From the NCBI GenBank assembly GCA_964035545.1, contig OZ037771.1, forward strand, positions 9,986,480-10,050,479: DNA of 64,000 nt, read 5' to 3'. Positions within the stretch are counted from its first letter, which is position 1. Each line of letters starts with the position of its first letter. The translations under genes were made by a program, and so were the position numbers. Shown piece after piece: positions 1 to 15,400 of the stretch. Source of the stretch: Bugula neritina (taxonomy: Eukaryota; Animalia; Bryozoa). The notes below the pieces were generated by a model. The model saw only the letters and a list, made by a program, of their open reading frames with translations, made no database searches and was not told the DNA's origin.

Positions 1-3000
1 TACACTGTAACATTCTGCAACATATTGAAATATACTGCAACACACTGAAATATACTGCAACACATCCAAGTACATCGTAATATACGGACATGTACTGTAA
101 CATACTGGAACATACTGAAACATACTGCAACATTCTGAAGTACACTGTAAAATATTGAAATACACTGCAACAAACTGCAACATACTGAAACATACTGTAA
201 CATGATGAAAAACACTGCAACACATTGAAACATACTGCAACAAACTGAAATATACTGCAACATACTGAAACGTACTGCAACATACTGAAACTAATTGCAA
301 CATATCGAAGTATATCGTAAAATACGGACATGTACTGTAACATACTGAAACACACTGAAACATACTGAAACATACTAAAACATACTGAAACATACTGAGA
401 TACACTGCAACATACTGCAACATACTGAAATACACTGTAACATGATGAAATACACTGCAACACATTGAAATATACTGCAACAAACTGAAATATACTGCAA
501 CATACTGAAACGTGCGGCAACATACTGAAATACATTGCAATATATCGAAGTATATCGTAATATACGGACATGTACTGTAACATACTGAAACACACTGAAA
601 CATACTGAAACATACTGAAATACACTGTAACATACTCAAATACACTGCAACATTCTGCAACATATTGAAATATACTGCAACACACTGAAATATACTGCAA
701 CACATCCAAGTACAACGTAATATACGGACATGTACTGTAACATACTGGAACATACTGAAACATACTGCAACCTTCTGAAGTACACTGTAAAATATTGAAA
801 TACACCGCAACAAACTGCAACATACTGAAGTACACTGTACATATTGAAAAACGCTGCAACACACTGAAATATACTGCAACAAACTGAAATATACTGCAAC
901 ATACTAAAACAGACTGCAACATACTGAAATACATTGCAACATATCGAAGTATATCGTAATATACGGACATGTACTGAAACATACTGAAACATACTGAAAC
1001 ATACTGAGATACACTGCAACATACTGCAACATACTGAAATACACTGTAACATGATGAAATACACTGCAACACATTGAAATATACTGCAACAAACTGAAAT
1101 ATCCTGCAACATACTGAAACGTACTGCAACATACTGAAATACATTGCAACATATCGAAGTATATCGTAATATACGGACATGTACTGAAACATACTGAAAC
1201 ATACTGAAACATACTGAGATACACTGCAACATACTGCAACATACTGAAATATACTGTAACACATTGAAAAATACTGCAACATACTGAAAGACACTTCAAC
1301 TCACTGAAGTATAGTGTAATATACGGAAATGTACTGTAACATACTGATAATTACTGCAACACACTGAAATATACTGCAACATACTGAAATACACTGTAAC
1401 ATAATGAAATACACTGCAACATACTGCAACATACTGAAGTACGCTGTAAAATATTAAAATACACTGCAACACATTCGAATATACTGCAACACACTGAAAT
1501 ATACTGTACCATACTGAAACATGAGCAATATACTAAAAGATGCCTCAACATACTCAAATACACTGCAAGAAACTGCAACATACGTAAATGCACTGTAACA
1601 TACTGAAATACACTGAAACATACTGCAACATACAGAAGTACACTGTAAAATATTCAAATACACTGCAACACATTGAAATACACTGCAACACACTGAAATA
1701 TACTGCAACATACTGAAATGTACTTCAACATAATGAAAAACACTGCAACATATCAAAGTATATCGTAATATACAGACATGTACTGTAACATACTGTTACT
1801 TACTGAAATACACTGCAACAAACTGTAACATACTGAAACACACTGAAACATACTGAAACATACTGAAACATACTGTAACATACTGAAACACACTGAAACA
1901 TACTGAAACATACTGAGACATACTGAAATACACTGCAACATACTGCAACATACTGAAATATACTGAAATATACTGAAATACACTGTAACACATTGAAAAA
2001 TACCGCAACATACTGAAAGACACTTCAACTCACTGACGTATAGTGTAATATACGGAAATGTAGTGTAACATACTGATATTTACTGTAACACACTGAAATA
2101 TACTGCAACATACTGAAATACACTGTAACATACTCAAATACACTGCAACATTCTGCAACATATTGAAATACACTGCAACACACTGAAATATACTGCAACA
2201 CACTGAAATATACTGCAAAATACTGAAATATACTTCAACATACTGCAACATACTGAAAGACACTACAACTCACTGAAGTATAGTGCCATATACAGAAATG
2301 TACTCTAACATACTGATATTTAATGTTACACACTGAAATATACTACAACATACTGAAATACACTGTAACATTCTGCAACATATTGAAATATACTGCAACA
2401 CACTGAAATATACTGCAACACATCCAAGTACATCGTAATATACGGACATGTACTGTAACATACTGGAACATACTGAAACATACTGCAACATTCTGAAGTA
2501 CACTGTAAAATATTGAAATACACTGCAACAAACTGCAACATACTGAAACATACTGTAACATGATGAAAAACACTGCAACACATTGAAACATACTGCAACA
2601 AACTGAAATATACTGCAACATACTGAAACGTACTGCAACATACTGAAACTAATTGCAACATATCGAAGTATATCGTAAAATACGGACATGTACTGTAACA
2701 TACTGAAACACACTGAAACATACTGAAACATACTAAAACATACTGAAACATACTGAGATACACTGCAACATACTGCAACATACTGAAATACACTGTAACA
2801 TGATGAAATACACTGCAACACATTGAAATATACTGCAACAAACTGAAATATACTGCAACATACTGAAACGTGCGGCAACATACTGAAATACATTGCAATA
2901 TATCGAAGTATATCGTAATATACGGACATGTACTGTAACATACTGAAACACACTGAAACATACTGAAACATACTGAAATACACTGTAACATACTCAAATA

Positions 3001-5338
3001 CACTGCAACATTCTGCAACATATTGAAATATACTGCAACACACTGAAATATACTGCAACACATCCAAGTACAACGTAATATACGGACATGTACTGTAACA
3101 TACTGGAACATACTGAAACATACTGCAACCTTCTGAAGTACACTGTAAAATATTGAAATACACCGCAACAAACTGCAACATACTGAAGTACACTGTACAT
3201 ATTGAAAAACGCTGCAACACACTGAAATATACTGCAACAAACTGAAATATACTGCAACATACTAAAACAGACTGCAACATACTGAAATACATTGCAACAT
3301 ATCGAAGTATATCGTAATATACGGACATGTACTGAAACATACTGAAACATACTGAAACATACTGAGATACACTGCAACATACTGCAACATACTGAAATAC
3401 ACTGTAACATGATGAAATACACTGCAACACATTGAAATATACTGCAACAAACTGAAATATCCTGCAACATACTGAAACGTACTGCAACATACTGAAATAC
3501 ATTGCAACATATCGAAGTATATCGTAATATACGGACATGTACTGAAACATACTGAAACATACTGAAACATACTGAGATACACTGCAACATACTGCAACAT
3601 ACTGAAATATACTGTAACACATTGAAAAATACTGCAACATACTGAAAGACACTTCAACTCACTGAAGTATAGTGTAATATACGGAAATGTACTGTAACAT
3701 ACTGATAATTACTGCAACACACTGAAATATACTGCAACATACTGAAATACACTGTAACATAATGAAATACACTGCAACATACTGCAACATACTGAAGTAC
3801 GCTGTAAAATATTAAAATACACTGCAACACATTCGAATATACTGCAACACACTGAAATATACTGTACCATACTGAAACATGAGCAATATACTAAAAGATG
3901 CCTCAACATACTCAAATACACTGCAAGAAACTGCAACATACGTAAATGCACTGTAACATACTGAAATACACTGAAACATACTGCAACATACAGAAGTACA
4001 CTGTAAAATATTCAAATACACTGCAACACATTGAAATACACTGCAACACACTGAAATATACTGCAACATACTGAAATGTACTTCAACATAATGAAAAACA
4101 CTGCAACATATCAAAGTATATCGTAATATACAGACATGTACTGTAACATACTGTTACTTACTGAAATACACTGCAACAAACTGTAACATACTGAAACACA
4201 CTGAAACATACTGAAACATACTGAAACATACTGTAACATACTGAAACACACTGAAACATACTGAAACATACTGAGACATACTGAAATACACTGCAACATA
4301 CTGCAACATACTGAAATATACTGAAATATACTGAAATACACTGTAACACATTGAAAAATACCGCAACATACTGAAAGACACTTCAACTCACTGACGTATA
4401 GTGTAATATACGGAAATGTAGTGTAACATACTGATATTTACTGTAACACACTGAAATATACTGCAACATACTGAAATACACTGTAACATACTCAAATACA
4501 CTGCAACATTCTGCAACATATTGAAATACACTGCAACACACTGAAATATACTGCAACACACTGAAATATACTGCAAAATACTGAAATATACTTCAACATA
4601 CTGCAACATACTGAAAGACACTACAACTCACTGAAGTATAGTGCCATATACAGAAATGTACTCTAACATACTGATATTTAATGTTACACACTGAAATATA
4701 CTACAACATACTGAAATACACTGTAACATTCTGCAACATATTGAAATATACTGCAACACACTGAAATATACTGCAACACATCCAAGTACATCGTAATATA
4801 CGGACATGTACTGTAACATACTGGAACATACTGAAACATACTGCAACATTCTGAAGTACACTGTAAAATATTGAAATACACTGCAACAAACTGCAACATA
4901 CTGAAACATACTGTAACATGATGAAAAACACTGCAACACATTGAAACATACTGCAACAAACTGAAATATACTGCAACATACTGAAACGTACTGCAACATA
5001 CTGAAACTAATTGCAACATATCGAAGTATATCGTAAAATACGGACATGTACTGTAACATACTGAAACACACTGAAACATACTGAAACATACTAAAACATA
5101 CTGAAACATACTGAGATACACTGCAACATACTGCAACATACTGAAATACACTGTAACATGATGAAATACACTGCAACACATTGAAATATACTGCAACAAA
5201 CTGAAATATACTGCAACATACTGAAACGTGCGGCAACATACTGAAATACATTGCAATATATCGAAGTATATCGTAATATACGGACATGTACTGTAACATA
5301 CTGAAACACACTGAAACATACTGAAACATACTGAAATA
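1..5338 (+). repeat. higher-order repeat, 2358-bp period, at least 2.26 near-identical copies
   Basis: The sequence at position 1 recurs at 2359 and 4717. ORF-track translations are identical at offset 2358 (e.g. 636/2994, 1351/3709, 2030/4388). The match breaks at 5339. Confidence 0.93.
855..1261 (+). repeat. 210-bp (21-monomer) local tandem duplication; related pairs recur in most HOR units
   Basis: atatcgaagtatatcgtaatatacggacatgtactgaaac occurs at 941 and 1151 with matching flanks. Confidence 0.85.
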
Positions 5339-8300
5339 TACTGAAATATACTGAAATACACTGTAACACATTGAAAAATACTGCAACATACTGAAGGACA
5401 CTTCAACTCACTGAAGTGTAGTGTAATATACAGAAAAGTACTGTAACATACTGAAATACACTGTAACATACCGAAATAAACTGCAACATAATGCAACATA
5501 CTGAATTACACTGTAACATACTAAAATACACTGCAACATTCTGCAACATACTTCAACGTACTGAAAGACACTGTAACATAATGAATAACACTGCAACACA
5601 TTGAAATATACCGCAACAGACTGAAATATACTGCAACAGATCCAAGTACATCGTAATATACGGACATGTACTGTAACATACTGGAACATACTGAAACATA
5701 CTGCAACCTTCTAAAGTACACTGTAAAATATTGAAATACACCGCAACAAACTGCAACATACTGAAGTACACTGTACATATTGAAAAACACTGCAACACAC
5801 TGAAATATACTGCAAAATACTGAATTATACTTCAACATACTGCAACATACTGAAAGACACTACAACTCACTGAAGTATAGTGCAATATACAGAAATGTAT
5901 TCTAACATACTGATATTTAATGTTACACACTGAAATATACTACAACATACTGAAATACACTGCAACATACCGAAATAAGCTGCAACATACTGCAACATCC
6001 TGAAATACACTGTAACATGATGTAGTACACTGCAACACATTGAAATATACTGCAACAAACTGAAATATACTGCAACATACTGAAATGTACTGCAACATAC
6101 TGCAATACATGGCAACATATCGAAGTATATCGTAATAAACGGACATGTACTGTAACATACTGAAACACACTGAAACATACTGAAACATACTGAAACATAC
6201 TGAAACATACTGAAATACACTGCAACATACTGCAACATACTGAAACATACTGTAACATTATGAAATACACTGCAACACATTGAAATATACTGCAACAAAC
6301 TGAAATATACTGCAACACACTAAAACGTACTGCAACATACTGAAATACATTGCAACATATCGAAGTATATCGTAATATACGGACATGTACTGAAACATAC
6401 TGAAACATACTGAAACATACTGAGATACACTGCAACATACTGCAACATACTGAAATACACTGTAACATGATGAAATACACTGCAACACATTGAAATATAC
6501 TGCAACAAACTGAAATATACTGCAACATACTGAAACGTACTGCAACATACTGAAATACATTGCAACATATCGAAGTATGTCGTAATATACGGACATGTAC
6601 TGTAACATACTGAAACACACTGAAACATACTGAAACATACTGAAATATACTGAAATGTACTGAAATAGACTGTAACACATTGAAAAATACTGCAACATAC
6701 TGAAAGACACTTCAATTCACTGAGGTATAGTGTAATATACGGAAATGTACTGTAACATACTGATAATTACTGCAACACACTGAAATATACTGCAACATAC
6801 TGAAATACACTGTAACATACCGAAATAAACTGCAACATAAAGCAACATACTGAATTACACTGTAACATACTAAATTACACTGCAACATTCTGCAACATAG
6901 TTCGACGTACTGAATACACTGTAACATAATGAAATACACTGCAACATACTGCAACATACTGAAATATACTGTAACATACTGAAACATGAGCAATATACTG
7001 AAAGATGCCTCAACATACTCAAATACACTGCAAGAAACTGCAACATACGTAAATACACTGTAACATACTGAAATACACTGAAACATACTGCAACATACTG
7101 AAGTACACTGTAAAATATTCAAATACACTGCAACACATTGAAATACACTGCAACACACTGAAATATACTGCAACATACTGAAATGTACTTTAACATAATG
7201 AAAAACACTGCAACATATCAAAGTATATCGTAATACACAGACATGTACTGTAACATACTGAAACATACTGAAACATACTGAAACATACTGAAATACACTG
7301 TAACAAACTGAAATACACTGCAACAAGTTGGAATATACTGCAACATACCCAAGTATATGGTAATATAATGAAATATACTGCAACATACCGCAACATACTG
7401 AAAAACACTGTAACAAACTGAAATACGCTGCAACACATTGGAATATACTGCAACATACCCAAATAAATGGTAACATACTGAAATATACTGAAATACAATG
7501 TAACACATTGAAAAATACTGCAACACACTGAAAGACACTACAACTCACTGAAGTATAGTGTAATATACGAAAATGTACTGTAACATACTGATATTTACTG
7601 CAACACACTGAAATATACTGCAACATACTGAAATACACTGTCACATGCCAAAATAAACTGCAACATACTGCAACATACTGAAATACACTGTAACATAATG
7701 AAATACACTGCAACATACTGCAACATACTGAAGTACACTGTAAAATATTCAAATACACTGCAAGACATTGGTATATACTGCAACACACTGAAATGTACTG
7801 TAACATACTGAAACATGAGCAATATGCTGAAAGATGCCTCAACATACTCAAATACACTGCAAGAAACTGCAACATACGTAAATACACTGTAACATACTGA
7901 AATACACTGAAACATACTGCAACATACTGAAGTACACTGTAAAATATTCAAATACACTGCAACACATTGAAATACACTGCAACAAACTGAAATATACTGC
8001 AACATACTAAAACAGACTGCAACATACTGAAATACATTGCAACATATCGAAGTATATCGTAATATACGGACATGTACTGAAACATACTGAAACATACTGA
8101 AACATACTGAGATACACTGCAACATACTGCAACATACTGAAATACACTGTAACATGATGAAATACACTGCAACACATTGAAATATACTGCAACAAACTGA
8201 AATATCCTGCAACATACTGAAACGTACTGCAACATACTGAAATACATTGCAACATATCGAAGTATATCGTAATATACGGACATGTACTGAAACATACTGA

Positions 8301-9449
8301 AACATACTGAAACATACTGAGATACACTGCAACATACTGCAACATACTGAAATACACTGTAACACATTGAAAAATACTGCAACATACTGAAAGACACTTC
8401 AACTCACTGAAGTATAGTGTAATATACGGAAATGTACTGTAACATACTGATAATTACTGCAACACACTGAAATATACTGCAACATACTGAAATACACTGT
8501 AACATAATTAAATACACTGCAACATACTGCAACATACTGAAGTACGCTGTAAAATATTAAAATACACTGCAACACATTCGAATATTCTGCAACACACTGA
8601 AATATACTGTACCATACTGAAATATGAGCAATATACTAAAAGATGCCTCAACATACTCAAATACACTGCAAGAAACTGCAACATACGTAAATACACAGTA
8701 ACATACTGAAATACACTGAAACATACTGCAACATACAGAAGTACACTGTAAAATATTCAAATACACTGCAACACATTGAAATACACTGCAACACACTGAA
8801 ATATACTGCAACATACCGAAATGTACTTCAACATAATGAAAAACACTGCAACATATCAAAGTATATCGTAATATACAGACATGTACTGTAACATACTGTT
8901 ACTTACTGAAATACACTGCAACAAACTGTAACATACTGAAACACACTGAAACATACTGAAACATACTGAAACATACTGTAACATACTGAAACACACTGAA
9001 ACATACTGAAACATACTGAGACATACTGAAATACACTGCAACATACTGCAACATACTGAAATATACTGAAATATACTGAAATACACTGTAACACATTGAA
9101 AAATACCGCAACATACTGAAAGACACTTCAACTCACTGACGTATAGTGTAATATACGGAAATGTACTGTAACATACTGATATTTACTGTAACACACTGAA
9201 ATATACTGCAACATACTGAAATACACTGTAACATACTCAAATACACTGCAACATTCTGCAACATATTGAAATACACTGCAACACACTGAAATATACTGCA
9301 ACACACTGAAATATACTGCAAAATACTGAAATATACTTCAACATACTGCAACATACTGAAAGACACTACAACTCACTGAAGTATAGTGCAATATACAGAA
9401 ATGTACTCTAACATACTGATATTTAATGTTACACACTGAAATATACTAC

Positions 9450-12400
9450 AACATACTGAAATACACTGTAACATACCGAAATAAGCTGCAACATACTGCA
9501 ACATACTGAAATACACTGTAACATGATGAAGTACACCACAACACATTGAAATACACTGCAACAAACTGAAATATACTGCAACATACTGAAACGTACTGCA
9601 ACATAGTGAAATACATTGCAACATATCGAAGTATATCGTAATAAACGGACATGTACTGTAACATACTGAAACACACTGAAACATACTGAAACATACTGAA
9701 ATACACTGTAACATACTCAAATACACTGCAACATTCTGCAACATATTGAAATATACTGCAACACACTGAAATATACTGCAACACATCCAAGTACATCGTA
9801 ATATACGGACATGTACTGTAACATACTGGAACATACTGAAACATACTGCAACATTCTGAAGTACACTGTAAAATATTGAAATACACTGCAACAAACTGCA
9901 ACATACTGAAACATACTGTAACATGATGAAAAACACTGCAACACATTGAAACATACTGCAACAATCTGAAATATACTGCAACATACTGAAACGTACTGCA
10001 ACATACTGAAACTAATTGCAACATATCGAAGTATATCGTAAAATACGGACATGTACTGTAACATACTGAAACACACTGAAACATACTGAAACATACTAAA
10101 ACATACTGAAACATACTGAGATACACTGCAACATACTGCAACATACTGAAATACACTGTAACATGATGAAATACACTGCAACACATTGAAATATACTGCA
10201 ACAAACTGAAATATACTGCAACATACTGAAACGTGCTGCAACATACTGAAATACATTGCAATATATCGAAGTATATCGTAATATACGGACATGTACTGTA
10301 ACATACTGAAACACACTGAAACATACTGAAACATACTGAAATATACTGAAATATACTGAAATACACTGTAACACATTGAAAAATACTGCAACATACTGAA
10401 GGACACTTCAACTCACTGAAGTGTAGTGTAATATACAGAAAAGTACTGTAACATACTGAAATACACTGTAACATACCGAAATAAACTGCAACATAATGCA
10501 ACATACTGAATTACACTGTAACATACTAAAATACACTGCAACATTCTGCAACATACTTCAACGTACTGAAAGACACTGTAACATAATGAATAACACTGCA
10601 ACACATTGAAATATACCGCAACAGACTGAAATATACTGCAACAGATCCAAGTACATCGTAATATACGGACATGTACTGTAACATACTGGAACATACTGAA
10701 ACATACTGCAACCTTCTGAAGTACACTGTAAAATATTGAAAACACTGCAACACACTGAAATATACTGCAAAATACTGAATTATACTTCAACATACTGCAA
10801 CATGCTGAAAGACACTACAACTCACTGAAGTATAGTGCAATATACAGAAATGTATTCTAACATACTGATATTTAATGTTACACACTGAAATATACTACAA
10901 CATACTGAAATACACTGCAACATACCGAAATAAGCTGCAACATACTGCAACATCCTGAAATACACTGTAACATGATGTAGTACACTGCAACACATTGAAA
11001 TATACTGCAACAAACTGAAATATACTGCAACATACTGAAATGTACTGCAACATACTGAAATACATGGCAACATATCGAAGTATATCGTAATAAACGGACA
11101 TGTACTGTAACATACTGAAACACACTGAAACATACTGAAACATACTGAAACATACTGAAACATACTGAAATACACTGCAACATACTGCAACATACTGAAA
11201 CATACTGTAACATTATGAAATACACTGCAACACATTGAAATATACTGCAACAAACTGAAATATACTGCAACATACTAAAACGTACTGCAACATACTGAAA
11301 TACATTGCAACATATCGAAGTATATCGTAATATACGGACATGTACTGAAACATACTGAAACATACTGAAACATACTGAGATACACTGCAACATACTGCAA
11401 CATACTGAAATACACTGTAACATGATGAAATACACTGCAACACATTGAAATATACTGCAACAAACTGAAATATACTGCAACATACTGAAACGTACTGCAA
11501 CATACTGAAATACATTGCAACATATCGAAGTATGTCGTAATATACGGACATGTACTGTAACATACTGAAACACACTGAAACATACTGAAACATACTGAAA
11601 TATACTGAAATGTACTGAAATAGACTGTAACACATTGAAAAATACTGCAACATACTGAAAGACACTTCAATTCACTGAGGTATAGTGTAATATACGGAAA
11701 TGTACTGTAACATACTGATAATTACTGCAACACACTGAAATATACTGCAACATACTGAAATACACTGTAACATACCGAAATACACTGCAACATAAAGCAA
11801 CATACTGAATTACACTGTAACATACTAAATTACACTGCAACATTCTGCAACATAGTTCGACGTACTGAATACACTTTAACATAATGAAATACACTGCAAC
11901 ATACTGCAACATACTGAAATATACTGTAACATACTGAAACATGAGCAATATACTGAAAGATGCCTCAACATACTCAAATACACTGCAAGAAACTGCAACA
12001 TACGTAAATACACTGTAAAATACTGAAATACACTGAAACATACTGCAACATACTGAAGTACACTGTAAAATATTCAAATACACTGCAACACATTGAAATA
12101 CACTGCAACACACTGAAATATACTGCAACATACTGAAATTCACTGTAACACATTGAAAAATACTGCAACATACTGAAAGACACTTCAACTCACTGAAGTA
12201 TAGTGTAATATACGGAAATGTACTGTAACATACTGATAATTACTGCAACACACTGAAATATACTGCAACATACTGAAATGTACTTCAACATAATGAAAAA
12301 CACTGCAACATATCAAAGTATATCGTAATACACAGACATGTACTGTAACATACTGAAACATACTGAAACGTACTGAAACATACTGAAACATACTGAAATA

Positions 12401-15400
12401 CACTGTAACAAACTGAAATACACTGCAACAAGTTGGAATATACTGCAACATACCCAAGTATATGGTAATATAATGAAATATACTGCAACATACCGCAACA
12501 TACTGAAAAACACTGTAACAAACTTAAATACGCTGCACCACATTGGAATATACTGCAACATACCCAAATAAATGGTAACATACTGAAATATACTGAAATA
12601 CAATGTAACACATTGAAAAATACTGCAACACACTGAAAGACACTACAACTCACTGAAGTATAGTGTAATATACGAAAATGTACTGTAACATACTGATATT
12701 TACTGCAACACACTGAAATATACTGCAACATACTGAAATACACTGTCACATGCCAAAATAAACTGCAACATACTGCAACATACTGAAATACACTGTAACA
12801 TAATGAAATACACTGCAACATACTGCAACATACTGAAGTACACTGTAAAATATTAAAATACACTGCAACACATTGGAATATACTGCAATACACTGAAATG
12901 TACTGTAACATACTGAAATACACTGTAACATACCGAAATAAGCTGCAACATACTGCAACATACTGAAATACACTGTAACATGATGAAGTACACTGCAACA
13001 CATTGAAATACACTGCAACAAACTGAAATATACTGCAACATACTGAAACGTACTGCAACATAGTGAAATACATTGCAACATATCGAAGTATATCGTAATA
13101 AACGGACATGTACTGTAACATACTGAAACACACTGAAACATACTGAAACATACTGAAATACACTGTAACATACTCAAATACACTGCAACATTCTGCAACA
13201 TATTGAAATATACTGCAACACACTGAAATATACTGCAACACATCCAAGTACATCGTAATATACGGACATGTACTGTAACATACTGGAACATACTGAAACA
13301 TACTGCAACATTCTGAAGTACACTGTAAAATATTGAAATACACTGCAACAAACTGCAACATACTGAAACATACTGTAACATGATGAAAAACACTGCAACA
13401 CATTGAAACATACTGCAACAATCTGAAATATACTGCAACATACTGAAACGTACTGCAACATACTGAAACTAATTGCAACATATCGAAGTATATCGTAAAA
13501 TACGGACATGTACTGTAACATACTGAAACACACTGAAACATACTGAAACATACTAAAACATACTGAAACATACTGAGATACACTGCAACATACTGCAACA
13601 TACTGAAATACACTGTAACATGATGAAATACACTGCAACACATTGAAATATACTGCAACAAACTGAAATATACTGCAACATACTGAAACGTGCTGCAACA
13701 TACTGAAATACATTGCAATATATCGAAGTATATCGTAATATACGGACATGTACTGTAACATACTGAAACACACTGAAACATACTGAAACATACTGAAATA
13801 TACTGAAATATACTGAAATACACTGTAACACATTGAAAAATACTGCAACATACTGAAGGACACTTCAACTCACTGAAGTGTAGTGTAATATACAGAAAAG
13901 TACTGTAACATACTGAAATACACTGTAACATACCGAAATAAACTGCAACATAATGCAACATACTGAATTACACTGTAACATACTAAAATACACTGCAACA
14001 TTCTGCAACATACTTCAACGTACTGAAAGACACTGTAACATAATGAATAACACTGCAACACATTGAAATATACCGTACAGACTGAAATATACTGCAACAG
14101 ATCCAAGTACATCGTAATATACGGACATGTACTGTAACATACACGAACATACTGAAACATACTGCAACCTTCTGAAGTACACTGTAAAATATTGAAAACA
14201 CTGCAACACACTGAAATATACTGCAAAATACTGAATTATACTTCAACATACTGCAACATGCTGAAAGACACTACAACTCACTGAAGTATAGTGCAATATA
14301 CAGAAATGTATTCTAACATACTGATATTTAATGTTACACACTGAAATATACTACAACATACTGAAATACACTGCAACATACCGAAATAAGCTGCAACATA
14401 CTGCAACATCCTGAAATACACTGTAACATGATGTAGTACACTGCAACACATTGAAATATACTGCAACAAACTGAAATATACTGCAACATACTGAAATGTA
14501 CTGCAACATACTGAAATACATGGCAACATATCGAAGTATATCGTAATAAACGGACATGTACTGTAACATACTGAAACACACTGAAACATACTGAAACATA
14601 CTGAAACATACTGAAACATACTGAAATACACTGCAACATACTGCAACATACTGAAACATACTGTAACATTATGAAATACACTGCAACACATTGAAATATA
14701 CTGCAACAAACTGAAATATACTGCAACATACTAAAACGTACTGCAACATACTGAAATACATTGCAACATATCGAAGTATATCGTAATATACGGACATGTA
14801 CTGAAACATACTGAAACATACTGAAACATACTGAGATACACTGCAACATACTGCAACATACTGAAATACACTGTAACATGATGAAATACACTGCAACACA
14901 TTGAAATATACTGCAACAAACTGAAATATACTGCAACATACTGAAACGTACTGCAACATACTGAAATACATTGCAACATATCGAAGTATGTCGTAATATA
15001 CGGACATGTACTGTAACATACTGAAACACACTGAAACATACTGAAACATACTGAAATATACTGAAATGTACTGAAATAGACTGTAACACATTGAAAAATA
15101 CTGCAACATACTGAAAGACACTTCAATTCACTGAGGTATAGTGTAATATACGGAAATGTACTGTAACATACTGATAATTACTGCAACACACTGAAATATA
15201 CTGCAACATACTGAAATACACTGTAACATACCGAAATACACTGCAACATAAAGCAACATACTGAATTACACTGTAACATACTAAATTACACTGCAACATT
15301 CTGCAACATAGTTCGACGTACTGAATACACTTTAACATAATGAAATACACTGCAACATACTGCAACATACTGAAATATACTGTAACATACTGAAACATGA

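Noticed and set aside
2261-2285. CACTA...TAGTG in the landmark cassette, resembling CACTA transposon termini
   Set aside because: The span is only 25 bp, it stays in register with the 10-bp monomer, and it has no TSD. Point variants of the satellite explain it.
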